A DNA stretch of 41,508 nucleotides from a virus (IMGVR_UViG_3300020045_003383:1-41508); one strand, 5' to 3'; counted from the first letter of the stretch, positions 7,483 through 18,589 are shown. Made by a program: numbers and translations. The notes: generated from the letters alone by a model not told the origin.

Positions 7483-10400
7483 ATTCTAATTCCCCATCTA
7501 AAGAGTCTACCATATACATAACAGGATTATCAGGTTTAAGCAAATTAACTAACTGCTCTCTGCCTGATAAGTTTGTTTCAGCTAAAGCAGAATTCACTGC
7601 ACTTCGCCACCCATTTGATGTACCGCTTTTTCTTAAGTAGTCTTCTGCATACTCTTGAAGTTTCTCATTACTTAAAGTCCCTTCACGAATAGCCGTTTTC
7701 AATTTCTTAGTTACTACTTGACGATTTTCTCTTTCAATGGAATTATAACTACGATTGAGATAATCTGCTTCCCGTGCAACTGCTTCTTCAATTGGGCGAA
7801 CAGCTAACAGCCTAGAGATAATACCAGTAGAACTACGAACTTCTTCTGGGGTAGCAATAGTCCGACCTTGCTGAGTAATTGAATACCCTGAGAACAATTC
7901 TGCTACCCTTGCTAAAGGTCTTGATACAGACTGTAAACTAATAGCTTGAGCTACTGCTTGAGTTGCATCATCTGTACCAGCCGCTTTAGCTAAGTTACTC
8001 CCAAACTGCATAGTCTGCCCAATTAAATTAACTGCTGCAATCTTAGTAGGGTCTGTTGGTGGAACAAAGCGTGGAGCAATATCTCCCCTTGAATAGAAGG
8101 CTGGACCTAAACTACTAGGTAAGCCATACAGAATTGCTTGAGCTTGAGGGTCATCAAACATTTTAAAAGTCCCTGTAGTCAAGTCTGTATTATCATCAGA
8201 GAAATGGTCACCAATAGTATTTGATACTAAGTCAAAGCCTGGAAGACTCTGAGTACCAAACAAACTACTTTGTAACATAGCAGCTTTACCAATTTCTTTG
8301 TAGTTCTTCATTTCTAAGTGGCGGTACATAGACTGCCCTAGCGTTAGCATATACGTTTGGAATAAGCCTAATGCAACTCCAGCTGTGCCTTGAAAGAATA
8401 CAGGTCTTTGGGCAGAGTTATAGTTACCCATTGACTTGTCCATAAAATCCCGCGCAAAGATAGTAGCCCCTGTATCATTTAACTCTGGGTACAAGCGCTT
8501 AGCTAGTGCATAGCCTGTATACATAGTCTTACGACGAAGCATGTTTTCAGTCCAGTCTGCTGGAGTAGACAAGATATTAACAAGAGCAGAATCCAAAGCA
8601 TTCTCAATCTTAGGTAGAGTTCCTGGTAAAAGCTTTCTGCTCTCTCTAAGAATATCATTTGCTTCAGATACAGCCCCCTTAAAGTAGCCTGCTTCAGCCC
8701 ACATCTTATCCAAGTGTGAATGCTTCCCTGCCGCCGCCATTCTCCAGCCCTCGTACATAATAGAAGGTAAAGAAGTCTTAGCAGTAGTTTCTAATTGCTT
8801 ACCCATAAAACTAGCTGGGTGCTTCTCAGCTTTTGCTAAGTAGGTAAGAATAGGTAAGGACATCGCGTTAACGAGAGGTTGAGCAACTTCCAACACACGC
8901 AAAGCAGCAGTAGCAGCAAACATATTAGAAGCATAGATTGCTCGCTTAGAGGTATTCTGTGCTTCATGGATTTGACTAACCTTAAAAATATTTGCAGCTT
9001 CTTCGTCGAACTTAGCATAAGGCCAAGCCACACCACGCTTAGCAGCCTCTGCCGCCAAGACTTCGTAATCCAAACTTTTAACTGTCTTAGCATTTAGAAT
9101 ACCTCCAACGGGGGCAAGAATAGTCTTCACTGCAGAAGTGATTCCATTCAAGCCCCAAGTAGTTACTGTTTCAAAAGTTTCGTTATAAGACTTCCAAGTA
9201 GTAGTATCGTTAAGATTAGAATTACCTAGTAAGACATTTCTAACTGTACGAGCGCCATCTTTTGGTGATGCAATAGCCTTTTCTACTAGACTTAGAGGCT
9301 GGTCTTTAATACCTTTTTGGTTAAAAGCAGACATCTTATCCAATTCGTCTACGATATCATGTAGCATTATCTTAGCAGTCTGCTTAGTAGTGCCTTCTAC
9401 ATAATTAGTATAGCCTTGAATATGCTCAGAAAAAATGTCTGTAGTAGACTTAACAATAGCAGAAGAACCAGAGCCAGTATTAAAGTTTTCCACGTTAGCA
9501 ATCTGCATAGTCAAAGGGTCTGCTCTATCATTAAGCATATTCCACATGCCTTGCTCTGACTTGCTTTCAATAATCTGCACTTTAGCAGGCTTACCTACTG
9601 AGGACATTAAATCTTCAGGCGCAATAGTACGTTTGTAGGCTTGGATATTAGTAGCTAATTCTTCTTCCGTTCTGCCCCAAATTAACTGAGTAGTGCGGGT
9701 TTCATTATTCCACACATAGCCAATTCTTTTACCAGTAGCATTGAAAGGAGGTTGCCAAAAGCCTAAGTCACGTAAAGGGGGTTTACCATATAGACGGTTA
9801 AGAGTATTCTTTTGTTCAAACATCTCTCTACCTGCTACTACATATTCATCAAACAAGTCCATTACAGACTTAGTCTTAATCTCAAACACTTTGCCATCAA
9901 CTTCAAATGGTTTTAAAATAGTCTTACCCATTGCATCTACTTTGTCAGTAGGTACTAAGAATTTTCCATTCTCATAGAAGCGCGGACCTTTGATAGACGC
10001 TACTACGTTAGAAGCAAAGTTAGCCTCTACTAAAGCAATAGGGTCTTTTGCTACTAAAGCCATCTTGTCACTCAAAGGCTTAACAATCTTTTCAGTAGCA
10101 GCTGATGCAATAGCTTGAATTTCTTTACCAATAAAAGCAGCTTCCGCCCCAAAGCCTGTGTCTTTAATAGCTTGGTCGGCAGACTGAAAGAATTGATTAC
10201 CTACTTTAGAATTTACAGCATTGCCAATCTTAGAGCGAATAATATCTAACACAGGGCGAATACCTGCTGTAGACATAGAGTCACCTAAGAACTTCTTATG
10301 GAAATTCTGCATCATATCACTCTTAGAAGTTAAAAGACTTTCATCCATAAACTCCATGTTAGTGTTGTACTGGAACTTAGCATTAGCCCCTGCCATTGTA

Positions 10401-12727
10401 GTGTTATAAGTAGGACGGTTAGTATTAGTTTTAAGACGTAAAGGTCTGTTTTCAGGTGCTAAGTATCCAGCTACATTAGAAGCATCATTATAGCGATTTA
10501 ACGGATAGCCTTCGCCTAAACGACTCAAGTCTGAAATACTTTGCCCATTAGTTAATCCAGTTGCATAGGCTTGAACAGACTGAATTGGAGTATTAGTCCG
10601 AATAGCAATGGCTTCCATAGGCATACCCCGTCTAAGCATGTTAGAAATCATTGAGTCTTTGCCTTCTACTAAAGCCTTATTAATAGAAGTGCTATCCCAT
10701 ACATCAGTGCCATAGTCTTTAACTAAGTTAAAAGCCTGTTTACTAGAAGATACGTTAATATCAATAGGGCTTAGTGCGCCTTTTTGGGAAACTAAGAATT
10801 CTGTTGTATTGCCTTTTACATTTACTGCGCCAATTACGTCATCAACAGCAACTTTGTAAATAGTAGCACCTTGAGAGATACGAGCAGCCGCTGACTTGGA
10901 AGCAGTGAAAGACTGCAAAGCTTCATCAGATGCATTCTTACCTTTAGCAGCTTTATATAGATAGACAAAACCATCTTCAGATTTAGCTTGCAAAGACTCT
11001 CGAACTGCTTTAGAAGATACAGAGTTATAGATTTCATTTACATAAGCAGATGCTTTTGTATTTAGCCCCCCATTTAAATCTGCTACGCCTTTACGCATAA
11101 TAGATTTAGCTTTTGAAACGCCTTCTGTATAAGCCTTAACTAATAACCCAGTGCGTTCACTTAACAAAGGAATTTCATTTACAATATTAGTGCCTACATT
11201 AGCAGTAGTTAGTTCATCTAATTCTTTAAAGTACGTAGTAGATAGTTTCTTGTTACCAATTACTGAGGCTTCAAAGTTATCAAAGTTAGAAGAAGTACGT
11301 TTAACCTTAATGCCTAAACCAGCAAAGAGTTCTGGTTCTTTAACAGCCCTAGCACTTAAAGCATTAAGCATAGAATAGTCATCTGCGCCTACGATAAGAT
11401 TCTTTAATTGAGCTTCTGACATCATATCAACAGTCTTTAAATCTACTAAGTATTTTGTAGACACATCTAAAGACGGAGCTGTGCTTACTGATACAGGAAA
11501 GTCTTCTACAGCATTTGAATTAATGTTTACTTTTGCGCGGGCGATGACTTCTGCTTCACTAATGCCAGAGGCTGAAGCATCTAAGAAATTTACTGCTTCT
11601 TTTTCGGTAGCAAACTTATTTAAGCCTGGAAAGTATACTACATCGTCAACGTCTTTTACTTCGCCTTTGTCTGTCTTATTAACCTTAGGAGCAAACACCT
11701 CACTTAGTTTTGAAGTAAGACTTTTACGAGTAATACTCTTACCTTCGTCATTTTTGTAGAAAGTAATAGAATCAATACCAGCTACTTGTTTTTGCCCTAG
11801 CACATTATTCATGATAAGGTTTCTAGACTCAAGAGGCAAGTCTTGCAAGTCAGTAGAAATCAAACCTTCAAAACTCTCTTTACGCATTACTTCTAATTGC
11901 TGTAAGTAGTTACCTGCAAATTCTTTTGTAGCTTCGTTAGCAGGATAGTTAGGGTCTGTTAGTTTCTTTAAAGAAGCAATGTTGTAATCTACCACTTTTA
12001 ATTTGTCTAAAGCAGGGGCAGACGGGGCTAAAGTTCGTTTTGTAAAACCTAAGGTAGTATTAACTGCCTCAGACTCCACAGCTCCGACTACTTTATTAAT
12101 TTCACTTTTAGATACAATAGAGCCTGCTAATCCACCAATAGCCCCGCCAAATGCTAAAGACAAGCCAATGTTAGTTACTGGTTCTTCCCAATAATCTTCT
12201 AATAAAGGGTGGGCAGACATAGTGCCTAAGACTGCGATTTCAGAAACAGCCGCATCGGTAAGACCATTAGCTACAGCAATGCCATAGCTCTCACGGCGAA
12301 TTTTACGAATAAGACCAGTAGAGGAAGTGCCTTGCTCTGCGAGTTCTTTTAGTCTGTTATTACGAGCTAGCTTACCTGCTTCAGAAAACCAAGACGCACC
12401 TTTAGCCCCTGCACGCAAAGCAGTTAAACCTTTAATAGCCATCCCACCTGGGATAAAGCTACCTCCAATCAAAGAAGCAGCTTGAATTACTTCTGTGTTT
12501 TCTTCATAGACTCGTGCAGCATTCTGATTAAAGCCTTCAAGAAAGTCTTGAGTTTCAACTTCTTCTGTCCCAGGCAAAGAATTATAAACAGATACGCCAA
12601 AGTCAGCTACTGTAGCAATTACCCCTCCTGTAATGTCTGAAAGAATAGAAGACTTTGTGTCATAGTCTGTACGACCAATTTGCATCTGCCCATCATTTTC
12701 TTCGTTACCAAAAATATCTAACGCCAT
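7481..12727 (-). CDS. Large internal virion/DNA ejection protein (polyvalent), with ART-like domain
   Basis: 1748 aa, last gene of the structural arm, predicted helical, glycine-rich hydrophobic N-terminal segments; AAGGAG RBS. Confidence 0.65.
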   Translation of the reverse strand: MALDIFGNEENDGQMQIGRTDYDTKSSILSDITGGVIATVADFGVSVYNSLPGTEEVETQDFLEGFNQNAARVYEENTEVIQAASLIGGSFIPGGMAIKGLTALRAGAKGASWFSEAGKLARNNRLKELAEQGTSSTGLIRKIRRESYGIAVANGLTDAAVSEIAVLGTMSAHPLLEDYWEEPVTNIGLSLAFGGAIGGLAGSIVSKSEINKVVGAVESEAVNTTLGFTKRTLAPSAPALDKLKVVDYNIASLKKLTDPNYPANEATKEFAGNYLQQLEVMRKESFEGLISTDLQDLPLESRNLIMNNVLGQKQVAGIDSITFYKNDEGKSITRKSLTSKLSEVFAPKVNKTDKGEVKDVDDVVYFPGLNKFATEKEAVNFLDASASGISEAEVIARAKVNINSNAVEDFPVSVSTAPSLDVSTKYLVDLKTVDMMSEAQLKNLIVGADDYSMLNALSARAVKEPELFAGLGIKVKRTSSNFDNFEASVIGNKKLSTTYFKELDELTTANVGTNIVNEIPLLSERTGLLVKAYTEGVSKAKSIMRKGVADLNGGLNTKASAYVNEIYNSVSSKAVRESLQAKSEDGFVYLYKAAKGKNASDEALQSFTASKSAAARISQGATIYKVAVDDVIGAVNVKGNTTEFLVSQKGALSPIDINVSSSKQAFNLVKDYGTDVWDSTSINKALVEGKDSMISNMLRRGMPMEAIAIRTNTPIQSVQAYATGLTNGQSISDLSRLGEGYPLNRYNDASNVAGYLAPENRPLRLKTNTNRPTYNTTMAGANAKFQYNTNMEFMDESLLTSKSDMMQNFHKKFLGDSMSTAGIRPVLDIIRSKIGNAVNSKVGNQFFQSADQAIKDTGFGAEAAFIGKEIQAIASAATEKIVKPLSDKMALVAKDPIALVEANFASNVVASIKGPRFYENGKFLVPTDKVDAMGKTILKPFEVDGKVFEIKTKSVMDLFDEYVVAGREMFEQKNTLNRLYGKPPLRDLGFWQPPFNATGKRIGYVWNNETRTTQLIWGRTEEELATNIQAYKRTIAPEDLMSSVGKPAKVQIIESKSEQGMWNMLNDRADPLTMQIANVENFNTGSGSSAIVKSTTDIFSEHIQGYTNYVEGTTKQTAKIMLHDIVDELDKMSAFNQKGIKDQPLSLVEKAIASPKDGARTVRNVLLGNSNLNDTTTWKSYNETFETVTTWGLNGITSAVKTILAPVGGILNAKTVKSLDYEVLAAEAAKRGVAWPYAKFDEEAANIFKVSQIHEAQNTSKRAIYASNMFAATAALRVLEVAQPLVNAMSLPILTYLAKAEKHPASFMGKQLETTAKTSLPSIMYEGWRMAAAGKHSHLDKMWAEAGYFKGAVSEANDILRESRKLLPGTLPKIENALDSALVNILSTPADWTENMLRRKTMYTGYALAKRLYPELNDTGATIFARDFMDKSMGNYNSAQRPVFFQGTAGVALGLFQTYMLTLGQSMYRHLEMKNYKEIGKAAMLQSSLFGTQSLPGFDLVSNTIGDHFSDDNTDLTTGTFKMFDDPQAQAILYGLPSSLGPAFYSRGDIAPRFVPPTDPTKIAAVNLIGQTMQFGSNLAKAAGTDDATQAVAQAISLQSVSRPLARVAELFSGYSITQQGRTIATPEEVRSSTGIISRLLAVRPIEEAVAREADYLNRSYNSIERENRQVVTKKLKTAIREGTLSNEKLQEYAEDYLRKSGTSNGWRSAVNSALAETNLSGREQLVNLLKPDNPVMYMVDSLDGELE

Positions 12728-12751
12728 AATAAACTCCTTAGTTTAAAATAA

Positions 12752-14533
12752 TTACTTACCTTCATTTAGCTTGCGTAGAATCTCTTGGGCTTCAGGAGAG
12801 TCTTTTTCTGATTGAAAGAGTTTTGCAATCCCTTCTACAGTAAAAGAGCCTGCTTGCATTACTCTGCCTGGGATACTAGCCCCTGCTAATGTATTAGCTA
12901 CGCCAACTGTTCCAGTAACAAAGTCCGAATGTAAGAATCTATCAATAGGGTCTTCTTCTTTCAACACATAGCCCCCAATGCTATCTACTAATTCTTTTAC
13001 AGGCAAAGTAGAAAACATCATACGAGCAGAAGCATCACTAGCTTTTAGTTGCACAATGCCTTTTAACTGTTCAGCTTTAGCATTACGTTGTTGAATAGTT
13101 CCATTACCAATAAAGGCTTTTGCTACATTCTCAAAATTAGCAGGTTGCCCAGTAGCTTCTACTGCTTTAATAGCCTCAGCCATATCAGAGCCAGTTGCCC
13201 AGCCTTTTACATTGTTTTGGAAGCCAGCTAATTCTTTTATTGCAAATGCTTCTTTAGCTACGCGGTATTGAATTTCAGGGAGAAGTTTTCTATCTTCAGC
13301 TTTCATTTCTAACGCAGAAGGAGCATTAAATAAAGCATACTCTCTAGAGTCTTTACCTAGCACTTTAGCGGCAGCAAACTTCATAGTAGGGTCAGCTTTA
13401 TTATTTTTTAAGTTGTCAAAGCCAACAAGCTGATTCTGCGCTGTTACTTTGCCAGTTTCGCCGCCAATAGACTCTGCTTGTAATAACAGCATTTTTCTAG
13501 CTACAGGATTATTTTCACCTAAAGCTAAGTCTTTAACAACTTCTTCTGTAGGAGCAGTCAAAGCTTTGCGCTCAGCAGAGTCTGGCTTAAGCCCAATAAT
13601 ATAATCAGAAATCTGTTCTGTAGTAGCTTTAGTTACATTGCCTTTAGCATCTGTTGTGTCTAACAAGCCAATCTTAGCAGCACGGTCTACTGCTACAGGA
13701 CCCGCCTTTCCAAAGACATTCTCTACTTTAAGCCTACGAGCCTCATCTTTCTGTTCTTGAGCAGTTAAGACTTTACCCAACGTATTAGACGTTTGAATAC
13801 CCGCAGAGATTTTAGTCTGCAAGTTAACATAGTCTGGGTTGTTAGCCATTGCATCTTCTGTGCGCTTTTCTGCTCTTGTCAATGCCTGCATCTCTTGTGC
13901 CTGTAGTTGCACTAGGTAAGGAGAAGAAACTTGCCCATAAGGAAGAATTGCGCGCTCTTTAGCAATAGCCTGTTGAATACCAGGAATGTTTTCAAAGCTT
14001 TTGTTTGTTTCAAGAATTTGATTCTTTAGATTAACAGACTCCACAGCAAAATCAGCCTGTAATGAAGTCAAAGCATTTGCACGTTCTACACTAATTGGTA
14101 AAGCATAGAGTTCATTTAAACGCTTATCTATTGTATCTAGCATACGAGGCTTTTCACCTTGAGCTTGAAAGATACCTTGCCCAATCTTAGCCCCTGAGCC
14201 TGTAATAGTGACTCTACCGTCAGAGCCTACTTCAGCTTTAACAGAGTTCTTTCCATAAGCACCCTCTGCTGCTAAGGTATTAATACGAGTAGCCGCCATG
14301 CCATTACGCGTAGCGGATTGTTGGTCATTTTGTTGAATTAAAGCACTAAGGGCATTAGACATAGCAGACTCTTTTTCAGCCTGCTGTACTATCATTTGCA
14401 CTTGTGCTAAGTCTTCTTCTGTTTCAGGTCTTACTTGGTTGCCAATAGGGGCTTCTTTAAAATAGTCTTCTTCCCCTGTTTGCATATTTTGAGTATTTCC
14501 AAATAAGCCTGTTAATTGCATTGGTAAAGCCAT
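12752..14533 (-). CDS. Probable internal virion/ejection protein
   Basis: 593 aa, A/Q/K/E-rich helical; position between nozzle and large ejection protein. Confidence 0.5.
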   Translation of the reverse strand: MALPMQLTGLFGNTQNMQTGEEDYFKEAPIGNQVRPETEEDLAQVQMIVQQAEKESAMSNALSALIQQNDQQSATRNGMAATRINTLAAEGAYGKNSVKAEVGSDGRVTITGSGAKIGQGIFQAQGEKPRMLDTIDKRLNELYALPISVERANALTSLQADFAVESVNLKNQILETNKSFENIPGIQQAIAKERAILPYGQVSSPYLVQLQAQEMQALTRAEKRTEDAMANNPDYVNLQTKISAGIQTSNTLGKVLTAQEQKDEARRLKVENVFGKAGPVAVDRAAKIGLLDTTDAKGNVTKATTEQISDYIIGLKPDSAERKALTAPTEEVVKDLALGENNPVARKMLLLQAESIGGETGKVTAQNQLVGFDNLKNNKADPTMKFAAAKVLGKDSREYALFNAPSALEMKAEDRKLLPEIQYRVAKEAFAIKELAGFQNNVKGWATGSDMAEAIKAVEATGQPANFENVAKAFIGNGTIQQRNAKAEQLKGIVQLKASDASARMMFSTLPVKELVDSIGGYVLKEEDPIDRFLHSDFVTGTVGVANTLAGASIPGRVMQAGSFTVEGIAKLFQSEKDSPEAQEILRKLNEGK

Positions 14534-14543
14534 TATGTTCCCC

Positions 14544-15395
14544 TTAAGAAAGAAGGCTAGTTAAGTCAGTTCCATTAATCAAAGAACCACTGTAACGGTC
14601 AAAAGCATCTTGAGATAAGCCGTAGCCATCTGTATCAATGGTATATTTATTAGAGCCAGCAGCAGTATTAGTTCCGCCTCCATTGCTACGCCCACTTGAA
14701 CCACTACCAGAAGAATCCCTGTTAGGGTCATAGGCTAGGTCATTCATACGATTTCTGTAATAAGAGTCGTCTGTACCAAAGTCAAAAGGCTGAATACCGC
14801 CAGGAGCTACTACGCCTACGCCATTAGCAACAGCAGTCGGACCAGAATTATATCCAGCCATAGTAAACTGCTGCATAGAGTTTCTAGTCACTTCGGCTTG
14901 AGTCCGAATAGCATTCAGAAGAAGCTCTTGATTAGAAGTATCAGGGCGAGTCAGAGCTTCTAAAGTACTAGACAAACCTGCTTGAATTTGCCCATACTGA
15001 ACAGCCTGTTGAGCACCTAGAGCACCTGAGCTTTCTGCGGCGCGAGTAGAAGCATCTTGAATAAGAAGAGCACGTAATGCGCTACCACTAGTTCCTGCAG
15101 ATTCTGCTGCTCGAGTTAGGGCAGGTAAAGACTCTTCTAAAGCTAGACGTTGCTGACGATTAACTAAGTCTGCGGCATCTGCAAAAGCTTCATCTTTAGA
15201 ATACTCACCACGAATACCTCTAGTGGTGTCAATCTCTTGCTTACGGTCTTTTAGCTGCTGCTTACGTTGAGCATCTCCGCCGTTTAAAAGACTTTTAATA
15301 AGAGCAGCTAACGCGTCTGTAGAAGACTGGTCAATAGAGTTATTAAAAAACCCAGTAGAGTTTGCTGCCCCTGTTACTTGAATTGGCTGTGCCAT
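14544..15395 (-). CDS. Probable small ejection/pilot protein
   Basis: A/Q/S/G-rich with GTSGSALRAL segment; directly after nozzle, as in podoviruses. Confidence 0.5.
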   Translation of the reverse strand: MAQPIQVTGAANSTGFFNNSIDQSSTDALAALIKSLLNGGDAQRKQQLKDRKQEIDTTRGIRGEYSKDEAFADAADLVNRQQRLALEESLPALTRAAESAGTSGSALRALLIQDASTRAAESSGALGAQQAVQYGQIQAGLSSTLEALTRPDTSNQELLLNAIRTQAEVTRNSMQQFTMAGYNSGPTAVANGVGVVAPGGIQPFDFGTDDSYYRNRMNDLAYDPNRDSSGSGSSGRSNGGGTNTAAGSNKYTIDTDGYGLSQDAFDRYSGSLINGTDLTSLLS

Positions 15396-15418
15396 GATAA
15401 TTTCCTTAAAATAAAATA

Positions 15419-18400
15419 CTATCTGTTACCTACATAAGAGCCTCTGTACTCTAAATACTTAATATCAAAGTTACCTTTAAATACATAAGTATGCCAGCGA
15501 GCAGAAGAAGATGGGTACATTACATGCTGTAAAGAATTAGTATACGTTTCAGTCTTTGTTAAAAGAGAGTCTATCAAAGCCCCATTAAGAGAAGACTCAA
15601 TAGTAATAGTGCCAGTGCTAGGACTTCTAAATGATACTTTAAATTCTTCTGCACTGGTAAAGCCTTCTCTTTCATACCCAATCTTACCATAGCGTAACAT
15701 GGAGTCAATAGGGTTTTTGTCAAAGATTTTTACCTTACCGCTGGCAGTCAGAATACCTGCTTGCATACCAAAGGTTTCAAAGTCTACTAAATCAGTAGAA
15801 GTATTATTAATAGGAGAATAGTCTAGCAATAGCTTATAATCCTGTTTAACTTTACCCCACTTCTTAAGTTGCATATCGTATACTAACGCAGACTCTATCG
15901 TAGGATAGATTGGGCCAATCCCGCCTTTTTGTAATAAGAAAGAAGAACCTGGAAAGACTAAGTTAGGAATAGGAGGATATTCGTTGCCAGTAGAAGGCGC
16001 TTCATAATTTACTTCAATGGCAGGAATATTAATTAATTCTCCTTCTACGCTTTCGTAAACATACTCTTTTACTTTTAAAGTAGCTTCTTGGTAAGGAGAA
16101 AACCCGTCAACAGGCGAATCTCCTAGTACTACTACTAACTCTGCTTTACATTCTGTGCATAAGTGCTGAGGAGGAAAGCTATAGCTGTTGTTTAAATCAG
16201 AATCTCGGTAATCAGGGAATCTCATACCTAAGAATCTGCCAGTTACTTTACTAAACACTGCGGCTACGCCTGTACGATAGCGTCTGTATCTAACTACATT
16301 GCCTACAAATGAAATAGTATTTTGCCCCCAAGCAGAGGCAATTGCCCCTAAGTTACGAAGAGGGTAAGCGCCGTCTACTGGAGGATATGCTAAGTTCTCA
16401 TATGGAAAAGAAGGATTAGGCTCGCCTCCAATGATTGTTAAGTCGCCTTCTAAGTCAGTAAAGATAAGCAACTTACTAATAGTCAAAGCCCCGTCTGTTT
16501 CATCTGCTTGTCTAGGGAAGTAAAAAACTTTTTGCTTGTCACTGAAAGCATTCAAGTAGTTAATCCATTCTGATACTTCTAAGTCCCTTGCTAGCCAAAG
16601 TTCATTTTGTTTACGATAGAATTCTGCTTCTATTGTAAGTTCTTCTACAGGAAAACGAGTTTCCCCTGGAATAATAGCTAGTTCACCTTTTAAATAAGGA
16701 TAATTAGCAGGGTCAGATGCCCCTGTATCAATCTCAGAATTTAACACAAACGTAGTCTTATTAATAGTGTGCAAAGTACCTGTTGGTCTAGGTCCTGCAA
16801 ATAAGGCTGCGTTAGTCGTAACTACGTTAGGATTAGAAAGAATTTCTTCTGCTCTAGAAGGTATAATAAATCTATCAGGCGTATAATAAGTATTTGGGAG
16901 AGAGGCTACTATTACATCATCAATAGGAGGAACGCCTTGAGGAATAGGGCGTACAATCTCTTGGTCTACATAAGCAGCTTCTAGGATAGTAGTAATCTTA
17001 GAATTAGGAAGTCTTACTGATAAGCCTTCTTGCAAAATGTAAGAGTCTATTGCCTCAGCCTGTCCTTCCCCTACTCCATTCAAATAGTCATTAATAAACT
17101 TATACTCTTGGTCAGCTCCTTGCCCTGTAGTAAAGGACACTAATCCATTAGTATAATTACCATCTAGTACTTCTAAAAACAAGTATCTGCCTGCAATAAT
17201 TTTTAAATAGACAGGCTCTTTACTGTCTTTAAGGAAGTCTGTTACTTCAGGAATAATTACTTGCCCATTGCCATTAGTTATTTGGTACAAACCAATTGGG
17301 GTATAGGCAAATTGAATAGTATCAGAAGCACCTGCACAGCATTCTCTGCGAAAAGAAATACCCGCATTCTTAATAATTACTCGTGGAGCAAAGCCTAATG
17401 TAGCAGAAACATTTCGTTCAATGTAAATAATGCTCTTTGTAGAGTAGATTATAAAGCCGTCCCCACTAGATAGAATGTTAATAATTCTGCCTGTGACTTC
17501 TTGGAAGGTAGAAATTCCTGCTAATGTTTTAACTGCTGGCTTAAAGTCTGTAAAATCATCAATATTAGATGTAGCAATAGCATTTGCAGAGTCCCAGAAG
17601 CCTAAGCGTGAGCCTGCTTTAAATAAGCCCATTTGCCCTTCCATGTTAATAAAGGTAGGAACTACAGGCTGAAAGTGGTCTGGTAGTAAGCTGTATGTAA
17701 CTGGGGCAGTACGAACAAAGTCTTCATCTAAAATATCTGCGTATAAAATAAAATTCTTTCTAAATTCAAAAGAATCATTTAAACGCTCAGGGTTAGCAGT
17801 AAAAGGCATAATGTTATCAATTACATACTTAATAACTTCTGTTTCACCAAATGGCTGGAAGTCTACATAAATTCTGTATTTATAGGTGTCATCTATTGCA
17901 GGAAAGAAGTACGTAAAAGCACTAATGGCACTGAATTCTGTTATGTTAGCCGCAGAGAAAATAGCGGTAGCTGGGCTAATATCTCCATTAGGTGCAATAG
18001 TTGCATAGCCTATGCCATACAAGCCAGGAGGAAATACGTCTAAAGAGTCTACAGGAAACGCAGGCTGTTGAGTTAATCCGCCTTCTGCTAATACATCTAC
18101 GTTTGTGTTTACTCTAGTAATGCCTAATTCTGAGAACTTGTAATACTGAGCGCCTGCTTGTCTGTAGCAGTAAAGAGTATTCTGAATAATACAGTGCGAC
18201 CACTCTAGCTTAGTGCCTGTAGCAGGAAGAGGCAATTCAATTTGCTGTTCCCAGTCACCTTCTTCTGTGGCAGATTTAGTCCAAATACCTGTATCACATA
18301 AGGCGATAAGGATATTCTCAAAGCGCCCAGTCTGAATCATAAAGATATCATCTGCGTTAGCAGGAAGATTTTCAATAGCTAGCTCAGTATTTAAGCCAAA

Positions 18401-18589
18401 AAAGCTTCTGTAGCCATAAGAAGTAGGCATAAAATTATATCCTTCGTAAGGAAGGACAGATGGGTTTTCCCCTACTTCGCTTTCAGATACTGCTCTGCTA
18501 CTGATTAAATAATTCTCAGGAAAAGAATTTGGGTCAATAGGAACATAGGATAAAGTAGTAGGAATTTTCTTTGTAGTCTGTTTGCCCAT
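15419..18589 (-). CDS. Tail nozzle / tubular protein B-like (stabilisation protein) with large insertions
   Basis: NFMPTSYGY N-terminus, beta-propeller-like repeats, LVYDMQLKKWG near C-terminus; gene order. Confidence 0.6.
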   Translation of the reverse strand: MGKQTTKKIPTTLSYVPIDPNSFPENYLISSRAVSESEVGENPSVLPYEGYNFMPTSYGYRSFFGLNTELAIENLPANADDIFMIQTGRFENILIALCDTGIWTKSATEEGDWEQQIELPLPATGTKLEWSHCIIQNTLYCYRQAGAQYYKFSELGITRVNTNVDVLAEGGLTQQPAFPVDSLDVFPPGLYGIGYATIAPNGDISPATAIFSAANITEFSAISAFTYFFPAIDDTYKYRIYVDFQPFGETEVIKYVIDNIMPFTANPERLNDSFEFRKNFILYADILDEDFVRTAPVTYSLLPDHFQPVVPTFINMEGQMGLFKAGSRLGFWDSANAIATSNIDDFTDFKPAVKTLAGISTFQEVTGRIINILSSGDGFIIYSTKSIIYIERNVSATLGFAPRVIIKNAGISFRRECCAGASDTIQFAYTPIGLYQITNGNGQVIIPEVTDFLKDSKEPVYLKIIAGRYLFLEVLDGNYTNGLVSFTTGQGADQEYKFINDYLNGVGEGQAEAIDSYILQEGLSVRLPNSKITTILEAAYVDQEIVRPIPQGVPPIDDVIVASLPNTYYTPDRFIIPSRAEEILSNPNVVTTNAALFAGPRPTGTLHTINKTTFVLNSEIDTGASDPANYPYLKGELAIIPGETRFPVEELTIEAEFYRKQNELWLARDLEVSEWINYLNAFSDKQKVFYFPRQADETDGALTISKLLIFTDLEGDLTIIGGEPNPSFPYENLAYPPVDGAYPLRNLGAIASAWGQNTISFVGNVVRYRRYRTGVAAVFSKVTGRFLGMRFPDYRDSDLNNSYSFPPQHLCTECKAELVVVLGDSPVDGFSPYQEATLKVKEYVYESVEGELINIPAIEVNYEAPSTGNEYPPIPNLVFPGSSFLLQKGGIGPIYPTIESALVYDMQLKKWGKVKQDYKLLLDYSPINNTSTDLVDFETFGMQAGILTASGKVKIFDKNPIDSMLRYGKIGYEREGFTSAEEFKVSFRSPSTGTITIESSLNGALIDSLLTKTETYTNSLQHVMYPSSSARWHTYVFKGNFDIKYLEYRGSYVGNR

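Noticed and set aside
8836-12194. Short antisense and alternate-frame ORFs inside the large ejection gene (likewise inside polA, portal, capsid and others)
   Set aside because: Fully nested shadow ORFs with no RBS or motif support.
7481-12727. Virion RNA polymerase (N4-like) identity for the 1748-aa protein
   Set aside because: About half the size of N4 vRNAP, and I could not find RNAP catalytic motifs.
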